Shown piece by piece: positions 48,601 through 58,758 of a stretch of 64,000 nt of DNA. The number at the start of each line of letters is the position of its first letter. Within the stretch, counting starts at the first letter, position 1. The translations under genes were made by a program, and so were the position numbers. The notes under the pieces are model-generated. The model had not been told where the DNA came from. It made no database searches and worked only from the letters and a program-made list of their open reading frames with translations. Where the stretch lies: the NCBI GenBank assembly GCA_036676395.1, contig JAKFCY010000002.1, forward strand, positions 128,001 through 192,000. The letters are read 5' to 3'. The stretch is from Bdellovibrio sp. Lineage in GTDB: Bacteria > Bdellovibrionota > Bdellovibrionia > Bdellovibrionales > Bdellovibrionaceae.

Positions 48601-51051
48601 AGTGATTGGTATGGATTTTTGAATTACGACACCGCTACCGATGTATTTACTATCGATACAGCGTTAAATGGTGTCACGACTGGTACGGGCGGTATTCATA
48701 TTAAACACACAAGTGGAAATGTCGGAATCGGAACAAGCGCGCCAACCGAAGCCCTGCAAGTGAGTGGAGCGATCAGAGCTAATGCAGTTTTAAATTCGGC
48801 AAATGAAATCTTTGAAATAAATGCGGGCATAACTCTTACGGATTCTACAAATCCTGCGTTAGAACTTAGAACGACAGCTGCAGTCAGTGATGCGGGCGCT
48901 GTTCGTCTAACGATGGGTGAAACAGCTACATCTTTCATATCATTTGGAAAAGAAGTTGGTGGAGCTGCTAAATCCGATTACTTATATATAAACAATACGG
49001 GCAGCGTCGGCATTGGCACCGCTTCGCCTACACAGTCGCTTGATGTTATTGGTACAATTAAATTCGGTGCTGATACGTTGCGCGCTGGTCATTTAAAATC
49101 TGTTGGCAGCGGCTTGTCGCCAAATCCAGGATCTTCAGCTTTCGGTGCGATCGTTGAAGGTGCAAGTGAAGGTCATTTAGTTTTAGATTTAAAAAATAAT
49201 CAAACAAATGATGCTATCGCTTTTCGTTATTCGGCAGCACAGAATATGGTGGTCGACACTGTTGGTTTGGTGATGAATGGTTCTGGTGAAGTCGGTATTG
49301 GAACAACAGCTCCAAGTTCAAAACTAGAAGTTGTAGTTGATAGCAGTGCTATTACTCCTGGATCAGGCAATGCCATCAAAATTTCAAATGCAGATCCGAC
49401 CATTAACAATATGGCGGGTCTTATTTTTAATGCTTCTGTCGCTGGTTCATCTGGTGCCGGTATGTATACGGCATTTGAAGAACAGGACGCTTCCCCTGCT
49501 GCCAATCTTCGTTTTTACACCAACTCGGGTTCGGCCTTTACTGAAAGGATGAGAATTTCAAAAGAAGGTAATGTTGGTCTAGGCACAAGTGCGCCAGCTT
49601 CACGATTAGATATAATGTCTGCAGATACAGTTCCGTTACTGATCAGAAATACTAATCCCGCTGGATACAGCGGATTAAATGTCTACGATAATACAAACAC
49701 GCTGGTGGGAACAGTTCATTACTCTAATCCTAGTGCGGGTATTAATCCTGATACATTTTGGATCGGCAGTCGTAAAACTGGAGTTCCGTTGATATTTACT
49801 ACGGGTGGTTCTGCAGAGCGTATGCGCATTGATGACACAGGTTATGTCGGTATTGGTACTAGCAACCCAGCAACGGTGTTAAACATTGTCGGTACCGGCG
49901 GAGCTAACGATGATCTATTGGTCGATTCGTACGGGAACTCGGGCGAGAGTACCGTGATGATAAGACGGGCGCGTGGAACAATTGCTTCAGCAACCCAATT
50001 GTTGGCTAATGATCGTATCGGTTTTTTAACTTTCCGGGGTTATGATGGCTCTGCATTTTTAGATTTATCGCGTATCCAGGCATCAACAGAAGCAAATCTC
50101 AGTGTCAGTGCTTCATCAAATCTTCAATTTTTTACAACCTATGATGGTTCAAACACAGAAAAAATGCGAATTACCGCTTCGGGCGCGGTTGGGGTTGGTA
50201 CTTCGGCTCCGACTGCTGGATATAGAATGGATGTTTTCGGTGATCTGCAAGTCGGTAACGGCGGTGCTTCGCAAACCATTCGATTCAGAACCGTAAATAC
50301 AGACAGTGGTTTTATCAGATTTAATTCAACTGCAGACTCTGCAGGAAATTCGTCATTAGAAATTGGTACAATGGATAATAACGATGAGCCGATTATTTTC
50401 ACACAATCAGGTCTTGAAAGAATGCGTATTCACTCAAATACATATGTGGGTATTGGAACGGCAACGCCAACTACACACCTTGCGGTAAATTCAAGTGCAG
50501 GTTATACGATTATCTCAAATAAAAATTCTGCGGCCGGTGGCCAAGAATGGCGCTGGTATTCATCATCAACAGGTGCGCCACTTGGATCAGACTCAATGTG
50601 TTTCGGTCTTGGCGCGTGTATCTTAAGTATTTATTCGAGTGGTAACGCTACATTGGCAGGAACTCTTACACAAAGTTCTGATGTGCGCTTAAAACGCGAA
50701 ATCAGTTCGATTCCGTATGCGCTTGATGCAGTCACAAAACTTGAAGGTGTGACTTACTACTGGAAAGATTCAACAAAAGATGCATCGAAACAAATTGGTC
50801 TCATCGCTCAAGACGTGGAAAAAGTTTTTCCTGAAGCCGTGAAAACCAATGCCCAAGGATTTAAATCAGTGGCTTACCAAAACTTAATCGCTCCGCTGAT
50901 CAATGCGTTGCGCGAAGTTCGTGAGTGGATGTTTGCAACTGATGAACGCGTTTCAGCTCTAGAAAAAGATAATGCTAAAATTAAAGCAGAAAATCAGATG
51001 CTTAAAGAATATCTTTGCGAAAAAGATCCATCAGCAAAAATCTGTAAGTAA
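45697..51051 (+). CDS. Secreted phage-tail-fibre-like trimeric adhesin with C-terminal peptidase S74 chaperone (Bdellovibrio MAT-type)
   Basis: Signal peptide; GTYNKVTVDAKGRVT; about 11 VGIGTxxP-type repeats; SDVRLK, IGLIAQDVEKVFPEAV; terminal coiled coil. Confidence 0.88.
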   Translation: MKNVCRTLSRWLFIFVSIFMLAPSVFSANYTTYQAKIVKPDGYPLESNNVNFKFTILEPTGSCILYAETYSSVNMANTGGLISFSLGSGVKTYPVSSPTFVDIFNNAVASHSCDAGGPVSYSPNSDDTRKIVMQFHDGNGWQTLPAMTINAVPYAMYANDSQQLGGVAAANYVRHSTIPTCTASQALQYTGASFNCVALPDAGVFSAADVATALSYTPANAVSVTSLSSEIGNVSSTVYAVSSTVNSLTSNFSSLQNSVAVSLAAITSSQWVTSGTTLFYNSGNVVVSGGLRISMDVAVCSINLAGALRYNSGAVEYCNGTTWTAFGVSGAGLQGLNGSTSGTQTFAIGTAGTAPTFVTNNGVHTLNIPLASAGSVTGGLLSNADYSTFMNKITSSAASIAQVLGFTPANNATLANYAVRSNNLSDLTSSATARANLGVGYIGTLTSVDLSSADVSGTLAIARTPSYIGDVTKAAASNALVLSNTGVVAGTYNKVTVDAKGRVTSSSALTASDVNTALTYTAANSATVASLNSSVIASFTSVANSLATISGTLSSTVSSQWTTSGAAIFYNSSVGVGTEAPAAKLHIWRSGGTTIGGSSSSTANAGLLIEGGAAGVLTFDGNEIQQFGDTLFLRGENGINFAIGDGADGNSSTPMVLNSNGRLGVGTTNPLVQNHFHKATTIGTVGALNINSAVLRISEAASATLNFDGNTIVAEDDLYLGTKGSGVFQLISSDTVRVNIANTGNIGVGANFTPTARLHLVSGTAAANSAPLKFTSGTLMTAAQAGAMEYDGSGFYLTDGAGTRRVIATATMPGSLDNASIINSTGNMNLVPVGSVIVSATTQSTNSQTGALVVKGGLGVAGNIFASGTIITSSNIQGASITATNGMIAPYIAGSIVSSGSLTLDSTTHATKGKILLAPNGGYVGVGTVVPTEKFHVAGNGLYRSNDTILKVQESNHALGSAQIQVGQSDWYGFLNYDTATDVFTIDTALNGVTTGTGGIHIKHTSGNVGIGTSAPTEALQVSGAIRANAVLNSANEIFEINAGITLTDSTNPALELRTTAAVSDAGAVRLTMGETATSFISFGKEVGGAAKSDYLYINNTGSVGIGTASPTQSLDVIGTIKFGADTLRAGHLKSVGSGLSPNPGSSAFGAIVEGASEGHLVLDLKNNQTNDAIAFRYSAAQNMVVDTVGLVMNGSGEVGIGTTAPSSKLEVVVDSSAITPGSGNAIKISNADPTINNMAGLIFNASVAGSSGAGMYTAFEEQDASPAANLRFYTNSGSAFTERMRISKEGNVGLGTSAPASRLDIMSADTVPLLIRNTNPAGYSGLNVYDNTNTLVGTVHYSNPSAGINPDTFWIGSRKTGVPLIFTTGGSAERMRIDDTGYVGIGTSNPATVLNIVGTGGANDDLLVDSYGNSGESTVMIRRARGTIASATQLLANDRIGFLTFRGYDGSAFLDLSRIQASTEANLSVSASSNLQFFTTYDGSNTEKMRITASGAVGVGTSAPTAGYRMDVFGDLQVGNGGASQTIRFRTVNTDSGFIRFNSTADSAGNSSLEIGTMDNNDEPIIFTQSGLERMRIHSNTYVGIGTATPTTHLAVNSSAGYTIISNKNSAAGGQEWRWYSSSTGAPLGSDSMCFGLGACILSIYSSGNATLAGTLTQSSDVRLKREISSIPYALDAVTKLEGVTYYWKDSTKDASKQIGLIAQDVEKVFPEAVKTNAQGFKSVAYQNLIAPLINALREVREWMFATDERVSALEKDNAKIKAENQMLKEYLCEKDPSAKICK

Positions 51052-51206
51052 CAATTTTTACAATCTCAGTGACGTTAAATGTTTTTATTGAAGACTTGCT
51101 CTAGCGTGAGCATGACGTAAAATCCAGTACAGCTGAGAAAAACTCTGGCCTCAATATTGTAAATGCATTTCCACGACGATTATTTTTTCGAAAGTTGTGG
51201 GGGGCC

Positions 51207-52013
51207 ATGAAACTTTTATTACTAACAGCCATTATTCTAGGATTTCATTCACTGTCTCAGGCGAATCAAATCACCGCATCTATTGTCACTAAACACAATG
51301 ATCAGTTGGTGATGGTTTCTGAATCTGATCTTGAGTGGAGTTTAAACCAGGTTCCATTTAATTCTTTAAAAAATTTGCAAATTAAAGGAACATTTATGAG
51401 CGCAGAGCGCGCTATTCTGGTTTTTGATATCAATGAAACTGTTTCAAGCCCTGAAACTGTAGCTGCCCAGCAGATTCATGTGTTAACAGCTCAAGAAAGG
51501 CTAGTGGCCGCTGAAATTGATCCAGCTACTGATATGGTTAAGGTTCTAGTTTCAGAATCAGGTGAAGTTTCAACTACAAACGCTGAATTAATAGGCATAA
51601 TCAATCAAATAGATGCTGCATACACAGGCAAGCAGCTTCTTTGGGCTGCTGACGGCCAGGTTTTTACAACTGACGGACACAAAATTGGTCGCGTAACGAT
51701 TGATGGAGTAGTCGTTACGATGGTCACGGATTTGAACAAAAAAATTGCGACCTTAACTGGTTCTGGCTCTGAAATCGTGATCACGGGCGAGAAAAAAGAA
51801 TTCTTAGCCTCGATCGATGAGCTTCAAGATCTCAACGCACAACAAAAAGAAAATCCTGAATGGGTACCGGTCACTGATTTAAAAATTTCAAATCTAAGTT
51901 CTGTTTTGCAGATTGAATTCAGAAACAGCACTGAAGAAGAATCATTTACTGTCTTTAAATTGGTTTCTCCTCTGGTGGTAAGCCAGATTAAAGAGAACCA
52001 AGCTAAAAATTAA
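51207..52013 (+). CDS. Secreted hypothetical protein
   Basis: MKLLLLTAIILGFHSLSQA signal peptide. Confidence 0.65.
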   Translation: MKLLLLTAIILGFHSLSQANQITASIVTKHNDQLVMVSESDLEWSLNQVPFNSLKNLQIKGTFMSAERAILVFDINETVSSPETVAAQQIHVLTAQERLVAAEIDPATDMVKVLVSESGEVSTTNAELIGIINQIDAAYTGKQLLWAADGQVFTTDGHKIGRVTIDGVVVTMVTDLNKKIATLTGSGSEIVITGEKKEFLASIDELQDLNAQQKENPEWVPVTDLKISNLSSVLQIEFRNSTEEESFTVFKLVSPLVVSQIKENQAKN

Positions 52014-52084
52014 GGCCTTTTTAAGTATTGAGCCAGACTTAAATCTGGTTCGCGAAAACACAATCATTCCCTGATGGTTTTCAG

Positions 52085-52120
52085 CCCCCATAGAGATTGG
52101 CTCTATGGGGGTATTTTTTT
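52085..52120 (+). terminator. Rho-independent terminator
   Basis: CCCCCATAGAG-ATTGG-CTCTATGGGGG perfect 11-bp stem followed by TATTTTTTT. Confidence 0.8.
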
Positions 52121-52210
52121 ATGGACCATTGGTGTATCGTGCCTTGCCCCAGGCCTGAATCAGCTCTAAGCTTATTTATTGTAAAACCCAGCAGGCTTAA
52201 GGCGGCATAC

Positions 52211-54865
52211 ATGTTTCAAAAGATAGCAGCAAAATTGTTCGGCACTCACCACGATCGCGAGATGAAAAAGATCCAACCTACGGTGGATAAAATCAATTCT
52301 TACGAAGATGCGATGAAAAAATTGTCGGATGACGAATTAAAAAATAAAACTAACGAATTCAAAGCACGCTTAGAAAAAGGCGAAACAGTTTTTGATATTT
52401 TACCAGAAGCTTTCGCCGTTTGTCGTGAAGCTTCAATTCGTGTTTTAGGCATGCGCCACTACGATGTGCAAATGATCGGTGGAGTCGTTTTAAATCGCGG
52501 CGGTATCGCCGAGATGAGAACCGGTGAAGGTAAAACACTCGTGGCAACACTTCCGGTTTATTTAAATGCTCTTTCTGGTAAAGGTGTTCACGTTGTATCA
52601 GTAAATGATTACTTAGTTCAACGTGACTGCGAAGAGATGGGAAGATTATATAACTGGTTAGGTCTGACAACTGGTGTAATCGTTCATGGTCTTAACGATG
52701 AACAACGCCGCAAAAATTATTTAGCTGATATCACATATTGCACAAACAATGAAATCGGTTTCGATTATCTTCGTGATAATATGAAATTTGATTTAAATGA
52801 TTACGTGCAACGTAAGCCACACTTTGCCATCGTGGATGAGTGCGATTCGATCTTAATCGATGAGGCGCGTACACCGCTTATCATATCAGGCCCTGCAGAA
52901 GCATCGACTGATAAGTACTACACGATTGATAAAATTATCCCGTTCTTGAAAAAAGATTTACACTTCACGATCGAAGAAAAATCAAAATCTGCTTCATTAA
53001 CTGAAGAGGGTAATCAAGAAGTTGAAAAATTATTAAAATTAGATAACTTATACGATCCGCAAAATATTGAAATTCTTCACCATGTAAACCAAGCTTTACG
53101 AGCACATAACTTATACCGTTTAGATGTTGAGTACATGATTAAAGACGGCGAAATCGTGATCGTCGATGAATTTACAGGACGTTTAATGCCGGGCCGTCGT
53201 TGGTCTGATGGTTTACATCAGGCGATCGAAGCCAAAGAAAAAGTTGAAGTTAAAAATGAAAATCAAACTTTAGCGACAATCACTTTTCAAAATTACTTTC
53301 GTATGTACGATAAACTTTCTGGTATGACAGGTACGGCAGATACAGAAGCTGTCGAGTTCAGAAAAATCTACAACTTAAGTGTAAATGTTATTCCGACGAA
53401 CAAACCAATTCGCCGTGAAGACAAAGAAGATATCGTTTTCAAAACTGAAAATGCTAAATACAAAGCGATCGTAAACGATATTCGTGAACGTCACGCTAAA
53501 GGCCAGCCGGTATTAGTGGGTACGGCATCGATTGAAAAATCAGAGGCGATTTCAAGATTCTTAAAAAACGAAGGTATCCGTCATGACGTTTTAAATGCGA
53601 AACATCACGAACGCGAAGCCGAAATTATCGCCCTTGCAGGCCGTAAAGGTTCAATCACTATCGCTACAAATATGGCCGGTCGTGGAACTGATATCCGCTT
53701 AGGTGGTAATCCTGAAGTTCTGGCTAAAAAAGCAGTCGACGATGAATCAACTCCAGAATACACAGAAGCTTTAAAAAAATATAAAGCACAAGTTGAAGCT
53801 GAAAAACAAGAAGTGTTAGCAGCTGGTGGTTTATACATTGTAGGTACTGAGCGCCATGAATCACGTCGTATTGATAATCAATTACGTGGTCGTGCCGGTC
53901 GTCAAGGTGACCCCGGCGAATCAATGTTTTACTTATCGTTAGAAGATAATTTAATGCGTATCTTTAATGGTGAGCGTATTCAAAAAATCATGACGATGTT
54001 AAATATTCCGGAAGATGAACCAATTGTTCATAAGATGGTAACGAACGCTATCGAAGGGGCACAAAGAAAAGTCGAAGGTCACAACTTTGATATTCGTAAG
54101 CATTTACTTGATTACGATGATGTGATGAACCAACAAAGAAATGCGATCTACAAATTACGTCGTAAAATCCTTGAAGGTACAGATTTAGAACGCACAATCT
54201 TAGATTACTTGGGTGATGTTGTTTCTAATATCTTAGATAGTTTTATTGCTTCAGATGCAAAACCAAGTGATTGGAATTTAGAGGGTTTAAACAACGCTTT
54301 AATGCAACAATTTGGATTCCGCGTAGCAACCGAGGGTAGAAAAGCCGCTGAAATTGAGACTGAAATCACAGATAATGTTAAAAAAATCTATGATATGCAG
54401 AAAAAATCGATGGGTCCTTTTTACGAGCAAATAGCTAAGATGATTTTATTAAATGCGATTGATCAAAAATGGAAAGAGCATTTATACACGATCGATAAAG
54501 TTAAAGAAGGTATTAACCTTCGTGCTTACGGCCAAAAAGATCCGTTAATTGAATACAAAAAAGAAGCCTTCCAAGCTTTTGAAAATTTAAATCATGTGAT
54601 TAAAGCTGAATCTGTTGAAAAAATTATGCGCGTGCAATTAATGGGTGAAGGTTTGCAAGAAGCCATTGAAAGAATGCGCCCTGAAGAGGCGGATATGGAT
54701 GAATTAAATTTTTCGGCTCCGGATGAAAATGCTGCATTTTCTGCTCCGTCTGCATCTGGTCTGGACACTGTTCCAGAAGCTTCCACAAAACGTAAAATTG
54801 TAACTGGTCCGCCACGTGGTGATGATCGACCAACGAATCGTGCGGATCGCCGGAAGAAAAAATAA
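52211..54865 (+). CDS. secA: Preprotein translocase ATPase SecA
   Basis: [60 protein letters not shown]; start at MFQKIA. Confidence 0.98.
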   Translation: MFQKIAAKLFGTHHDREMKKIQPTVDKINSYEDAMKKLSDDELKNKTNEFKARLEKGETVFDILPEAFAVCREASIRVLGMRHYDVQMIGGVVLNRGGIAEMRTGEGKTLVATLPVYLNALSGKGVHVVSVNDYLVQRDCEEMGRLYNWLGLTTGVIVHGLNDEQRRKNYLADITYCTNNEIGFDYLRDNMKFDLNDYVQRKPHFAIVDECDSILIDEARTPLIISGPAEASTDKYYTIDKIIPFLKKDLHFTIEEKSKSASLTEEGNQEVEKLLKLDNLYDPQNIEILHHVNQALRAHNLYRLDVEYMIKDGEIVIVDEFTGRLMPGRRWSDGLHQAIEAKEKVEVKNENQTLATITFQNYFRMYDKLSGMTGTADTEAVEFRKIYNLSVNVIPTNKPIRREDKEDIVFKTENAKYKAIVNDIRERHAKGQPVLVGTASIEKSEAISRFLKNEGIRHDVLNAKHHEREAEIIALAGRKGSITIATNMAGRGTDIRLGGNPEVLAKKAVDDESTPEYTEALKKYKAQVEAEKQEVLAAGGLYIVGTERHESRRIDNQLRGRAGRQGDPGESMFYLSLEDNLMRIFNGERIQKIMTMLNIPEDEPIVHKMVTNAIEGAQRKVEGHNFDIRKHLLDYDDVMNQQRNAIYKLRRKILEGTDLERTILDYLGDVVSNILDSFIASDAKPSDWNLEGLNNALMQQFGFRVATEGRKAAEIETEITDNVKKIYDMQKKSMGPFYEQIAKMILLNAIDQKWKEHLYTIDKVKEGINLRAYGQKDPLIEYKKEAFQAFENLNHVIKAESVEKIMRVQLMGEGLQEAIERMRPEEADMDELNFSAPDENAAFSAPSASGLDTVPEASTKRKIVTGPPRGDDRPTNRADRRKKK

Positions 54866-55656
54866 TGCAATGTCCGAGCTGTCAAAAAGAAGTCAGCGTT
54901 CAAGATAAAGATGTGGGGGCGCTGTTTACTTGCCCTCAGTGTCGAAGCGTTTACTTTATTAATTTTGATGGCACCCCTGAATACGGCGATGTTGATCAGC
55001 CTTCGGCTGAAGAGTTAGAGAAACTACAAAACCAATCGATACCTGAGAAAAAAAAGAAAAAGAAAAAAAGTAAATCAGATGAAACTGAGGCCGAAGAGTT
55101 AGAGGCGCAGGCTGCAGGTTTTGAAATGGAAGTTCCGGCAATGGAGATGGCACCAGTCGATACGCCTGCATTTGAAATACAATCAGAACCCGCTCCATTT
55201 GAAATACAATCAGAACCCGCTCCATTTACTTTAGAAGAGCAATCTGCTGACACATTTCAAATAGAGCCTGAGTCAGAGCCGATACCGTTTGAAGCGTTGC
55301 CAACAGAGATACCTTCAATCGAAAATATATCTTACGAAGCCCCGCAAGCCACGGGCGCACAAGATTTTTCATCGATTGCCTCTGAAATTGAGACTTTTGG
55401 TAATCAACACACTGCTGTTGCAGGCATTAGTTACGATCTTGAAATCACGGGTCTTGATACGAAACAATCGCAAGAGCTTTTGCGTGAAGCTATTGATGAT
55501 GCCCGGTTTGGCTGGCACCCTGAAGATATCGTTCGTGAAATCAGAACGGGCACTTGTCATTTAAAAAATTTAACTCCGGTGCAGGCTTTTGTAATCGCGC
55601 GCCGAATTCAATTTATTGATGTGCAAATGAAATGGAAACAACATGTATTGGCTTAA
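54865..55656 (+). CDS. Zinc-ribbon protein with acidic Pro-rich linker
   Basis: CPSC...CPQC N-terminus; start overlaps the secA stop. Confidence 0.7.
   Translation: MQCPSCQKEVSVQDKDVGALFTCPQCRSVYFINFDGTPEYGDVDQPSAEELEKLQNQSIPEKKKKKKKSKSDETEAEELEAQAAGFEMEVPAMEMAPVDTPAFEIQSEPAPFEIQSEPAPFTLEEQSADTFQIEPESEPIPFEALPTEIPSIENISYEAPQATGAQDFSSIASEIETFGNQHTAVAGISYDLEITGLDTKQSQELLREAIDDARFGWHPEDIVREIRTGTCHLKNLTPVQAFVIARRIQFIDVQMKWKQHVLA
55171..55224 (+). repeat. Perfect 27-bp tandem duplication encoding FEIQSEPAP x2
   Basis: tttgaaatacaatcagaacccgctcca occurs twice in tandem. Confidence 0.95.
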
Positions 55657-56245
55657 GCGTCTAACCCTAGTTGTAACAACTGTATGTCTAACTGAAGCCT
55701 TTGCCAGTGATAAACCGGCAGAGGGGGATAAAGCAAAAATAGCTGCGAAAGACATGGCTTATTCGGGAACACAAAGCGAAGAATGGTCGAAAATTCAAAA
55801 AGACGTTCAAACTGCAAAAATTAAATTTGAAAACGATAAAAAAGCTCTCGAAGATTTAAAACACTCAGCCGAGATGCAAGAAAACCTGTCAAAAGACTCT
55901 TTAGCGAAAATTAATGAAGCTAAGAAGACGATGAAAGCTTCGCAAGCTAATTACTTACGTTTTTTAAATCAGTATAATTTGCGTTTTCCAGAAAAAGGCC
56001 TAGATGTTGGGCGAAAATATGAGCGCACAGATTCTGAGCGTGATGGCATCGAGACTGTGGATGAAAAGCCACAAGGTGTTGAAGCAAAGATCAGAAGATT
56101 AAACCGTAACATAAAACATCAGTACTTAAATGCTGAAGACCCTAAAAAAAAGCCAAAGAAAAAACAAAGTTCTGATGAAACCAGCGAAACTTTGCCGCAA
56201 ACTCCGGCCGCAGATGTGACCGACGAAATCACGATCGAAAAATAG
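55643..56245 (+). CDS. Secreted coiled-coil hypothetical protein
   Basis: Signal-like N-terminus ending AFA; K/E-rich helices. Confidence 0.6.
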   Translation: MYWLKRLTLVVTTVCLTEAFASDKPAEGDKAKIAAKDMAYSGTQSEEWSKIQKDVQTAKIKFENDKKALEDLKHSAEMQENLSKDSLAKINEAKKTMKASQANYLRFLNQYNLRFPEKGLDVGRKYERTDSERDGIETVDEKPQGVEAKIRRLNRNIKHQYLNAEDPKKKPKKKQSSDETSETLPQTPAADVTDEITIEK

Positions 56246-56402
56246 CTCATAAAATTCAAAACTGTTTTGCCTAATTGCTGCGCAACCAACTTTCATTTCG
56301 TTTTCAATCTTTAAATTGATCGAACTATCTAATTACTATATAAGTATTTAATATCCCTAAAAAAGATAAGACCTTCAGATCGTGAAAAGGAGTGGCCTTT
56401 CT

Positions 56403-56915
56403 ATGTCATCACAAAAAGATTATCACAACAGCGGTGGACTTATTGCCTTACTTGGCTCAGTCGTTTTTGTTTTCGTTTTTTTCTATTATATCGTTTACAT
56501 CAACAAAGGTGTTGATCTTGCAGAAAATGTAACTGAGCCAGCAAAGCCAGGCGAAGTACAATTTGATTTAGCATCTGTAAAAGAACCATGGGTGCCAAAC
56601 GAACAAGTTCTTGCTGTCGGAGCAAAACTCTTCAAGCAAAACTGTGCTGTTTGTCACGGAGCTAAAGGTGATTTAGTCGGCGGTATTCCAAACTCTCGTA
56701 ATCTAGTAGAAGGCGCATGGAAAGCTGGTGGCGGCATGATCGGTCACTATAAAGTTTTACAAAATGGTTTGCCTGGAACTCAGATGGTTTCGTTCAAAGC
56801 GACTCTTAAACCAAATGAACGTTGGGCTGTAGTTCAGTTTATTGAATCAATCACAAACAATAAATCAAAAGATAAACCAGAAGACGTAGCCACTTTCGCA
56901 GCGACTGCTGATTAA
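56403..56915 (+). CDS. Membrane-anchored monoheme cytochrome c
   Basis: TM helix, CAVCH, GTQM distal Met. Confidence 0.88.
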   Translation: MSSQKDYHNSGGLIALLGSVVFVFVFFYYIVYINKGVDLAENVTEPAKPGEVQFDLASVKEPWVPNEQVLAVGAKLFKQNCAVCHGAKGDLVGGIPNSRNLVEGAWKAGGGMIGHYKVLQNGLPGTQMVSFKATLKPNERWAVVQFIESITNNKSKDKPEDVATFAATAD

Positions 56916-56923
56916 TTAATTTA

Positions 56924-57772
56924 ATGAAAAAACTTTTCGTGCTTTTCTTATTAATAGGTTTAAATTCTTGGGCGGACAACATGCCGATTCCAGGAACTTT
57001 GCCTACATATACAGGAACACAAAAAGAATCGAATTCGGCAAATGTTCCTGAAGAGCTTAAGGGTGTTGGTATCAAAGAACATTTGGGCGAATCTATTGAT
57101 TTAAATTTACAAGTACGCAATGAAGCTGGCCAATTAGTGACGTTGGGTTCATTTTTTAAATCACATAAACCGGTGATGTTAAGCCCGGTGTATTTTAATT
57201 GTCCGGGACTTTGCAATTTTCACTTTAACGGCGTTATAGAAACACTTCAAAATATTGACTGGAGCCCGGGCGATAAATTTGAAGTGATTGCCTTTAGTTT
57301 TGATTCTAAAGAGGGTGCTGAGCTTGCGCAGGCTAAAAAAGCCAACTACATGAAAATGTATAACCGCGCAGGCACCGAAGGCGGCTTTCATTTCTTATCA
57401 GCTGACGAAGCCACGATTAAAAAATTAACGGCTTCTTTAGGTTTTGAATATCGCTGGAATGCGCAAGCTAATGAATGGTCACATGCATCTGCTGCTATCG
57501 TAATTACTCCAGAGGGAAAAATCTCTAGATATTTACATGGTATTGCGTTCGAACCGAAAGATATGAAGCTGGCGTTGAACGAAGCTTCAAATGGTAAAAT
57601 CGGTAACTTGATAGATTCAGTTGTTTTATTTTGTTTCAAGTATGATGAACATAAATCCAAGTATGGCCTTGAGGTCTTTCGAGTTGTACAACTCGGAGGC
57701 GCTTTGATGGTTCTGATCTTGGCCTTTTGGTTAACGCCTACGTTAATCAAAGCGGGAAGGGAGAAAGTGTAG
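56924..57772 (+). CDS. SCO1/SenC family copper chaperone
   Basis: CPGLC (CxxxC), WSHAS, C-terminal TM. Confidence 0.9.
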   Translation: MKKLFVLFLLIGLNSWADNMPIPGTLPTYTGTQKESNSANVPEELKGVGIKEHLGESIDLNLQVRNEAGQLVTLGSFFKSHKPVMLSPVYFNCPGLCNFHFNGVIETLQNIDWSPGDKFEVIAFSFDSKEGAELAQAKKANYMKMYNRAGTEGGFHFLSADEATIKKLTASLGFEYRWNAQANEWSHASAAIVITPEGKISRYLHGIAFEPKDMKLALNEASNGKIGNLIDSVVLFCFKYDEHKSKYGLEVFRVVQLGGALMVLILAFWLTPTLIKAGREKV

Positions 57773-57774
57773 CC

Positions 57775-58746
57775 ATGATGTGGTTATTTAGTCTAATAAA
57801 CAGGGCAAATGCCCAGACATTTATGCCGACCGAGGGTTCGGATATCGCAACGAGAGTTGATAACTTGTATGCATTTTTAATTGCTACTAGCTTTATCTCT
57901 TGCGCGATTTTAATCGGTGGCATGGTTTACTTTGCGGTTAAATATAAACGCAAAAGTGATAACGATAAAGTAGCGTACATTACTCATGACACTCGTTTAG
58001 AAATTATATGGTCAGTGATTCCATTGATTATTTTCTTAGTGGTGTTTGCATGGGGATGGATCATTTACCACGACATGCGCAAGATGCCAGAAAACGCTTT
58101 AGAAATTCATGTGACTGGCCGCCAATGGGCTTGGATGACTGAATATAAAAATGGTGTGAAATCGCCGAATATCGTTGTGCCAGTAGGCCGCGACATCAAA
58201 ATCGTGTTGTCTGCCGAAGATGTACTTCACTCGCTATACATTCCTAGTTTTCGTGTAAAACAAGATGCGGTGCCAGGTCGTTACACGGCTTTATGGTTTA
58301 AAGCCGATAAAATGGGTGAATTCCATGTATTTTGTACTGAGTTCTGCGGAACTGCGCATTCAGGCATGATCACTAAATTAAGAGTAGTATCTCAAGAAGA
58401 ATTTGATAAATGGCTCATTGAAGAATCTGAAGTTTCGTTACTTCCAATGGCTCAACGTGGTGCTAAGGTTTTCCAAACGCGCGCTTGTGCTTCTTGTCAT
58501 AATGTAGATAACGCAGCAGTAAAAATTGGTCCTTCTCTTCATCAGGCTTTTGGCGCTGACAGAGATTTAGAAGATGGCGAAAAAGTAGCGGTAGATGATA
58601 ACTATCTTCGCGAATCTATTCTTAACTCGAATGCTAAAATCGTAAAAGGTTTTGGTCCGCGTTCAGCAATGCCGGCCTTTCAAGGTCAGCTATCTGAAGC
58701 CGAAGTGACAGCCTTAATCGAGTATATCAAAACTTTAAGTAAGTAA
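57775..58746 (+). CDS. coxB: Cytochrome c oxidase subunit II with fused cytochrome c (caa3-type)
   Basis: DVLHS, CTEFCGTAHSGM CuA site, C-terminal CASCH. Confidence 0.95.
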   Translation: MMWLFSLINRANAQTFMPTEGSDIATRVDNLYAFLIATSFISCAILIGGMVYFAVKYKRKSDNDKVAYITHDTRLEIIWSVIPLIIFLVVFAWGWIIYHDMRKMPENALEIHVTGRQWAWMTEYKNGVKSPNIVVPVGRDIKIVLSAEDVLHSLYIPSFRVKQDAVPGRYTALWFKADKMGEFHVFCTEFCGTAHSGMITKLRVVSQEEFDKWLIEESEVSLLPMAQRGAKVFQTRACASCHNVDNAAVKIGPSLHQAFGADRDLEDGEKVAVDDNYLRESILNSNAKIVKGFGPRSAMPAFQGQLSEAEVTALIEYIKTLSK

Positions 58747-58758
58747 TTAGGAGAGCAA

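Noticed and set aside
45697..51051. Prophage tail fibre
   Set aside because: Has a Sec signal peptide and no neighbouring capsid, terminase or integrase genes; fits a host adhesin.
51146..51161. Sigma54-like TGGCCTCAATATTGTA
   Set aside because: The -12 position reads GT rather than GC; too weak to call.
52097..52210. N-terminal extension of SecA
   Set aside because: Starts inside the terminator hairpin; SecA similarity begins at MFQK (52211).
55171..55224. CRISPR-like repeat
   Set aside because: Two adjacent in-frame copies with no spacer, inside a CDS; no cas genes.
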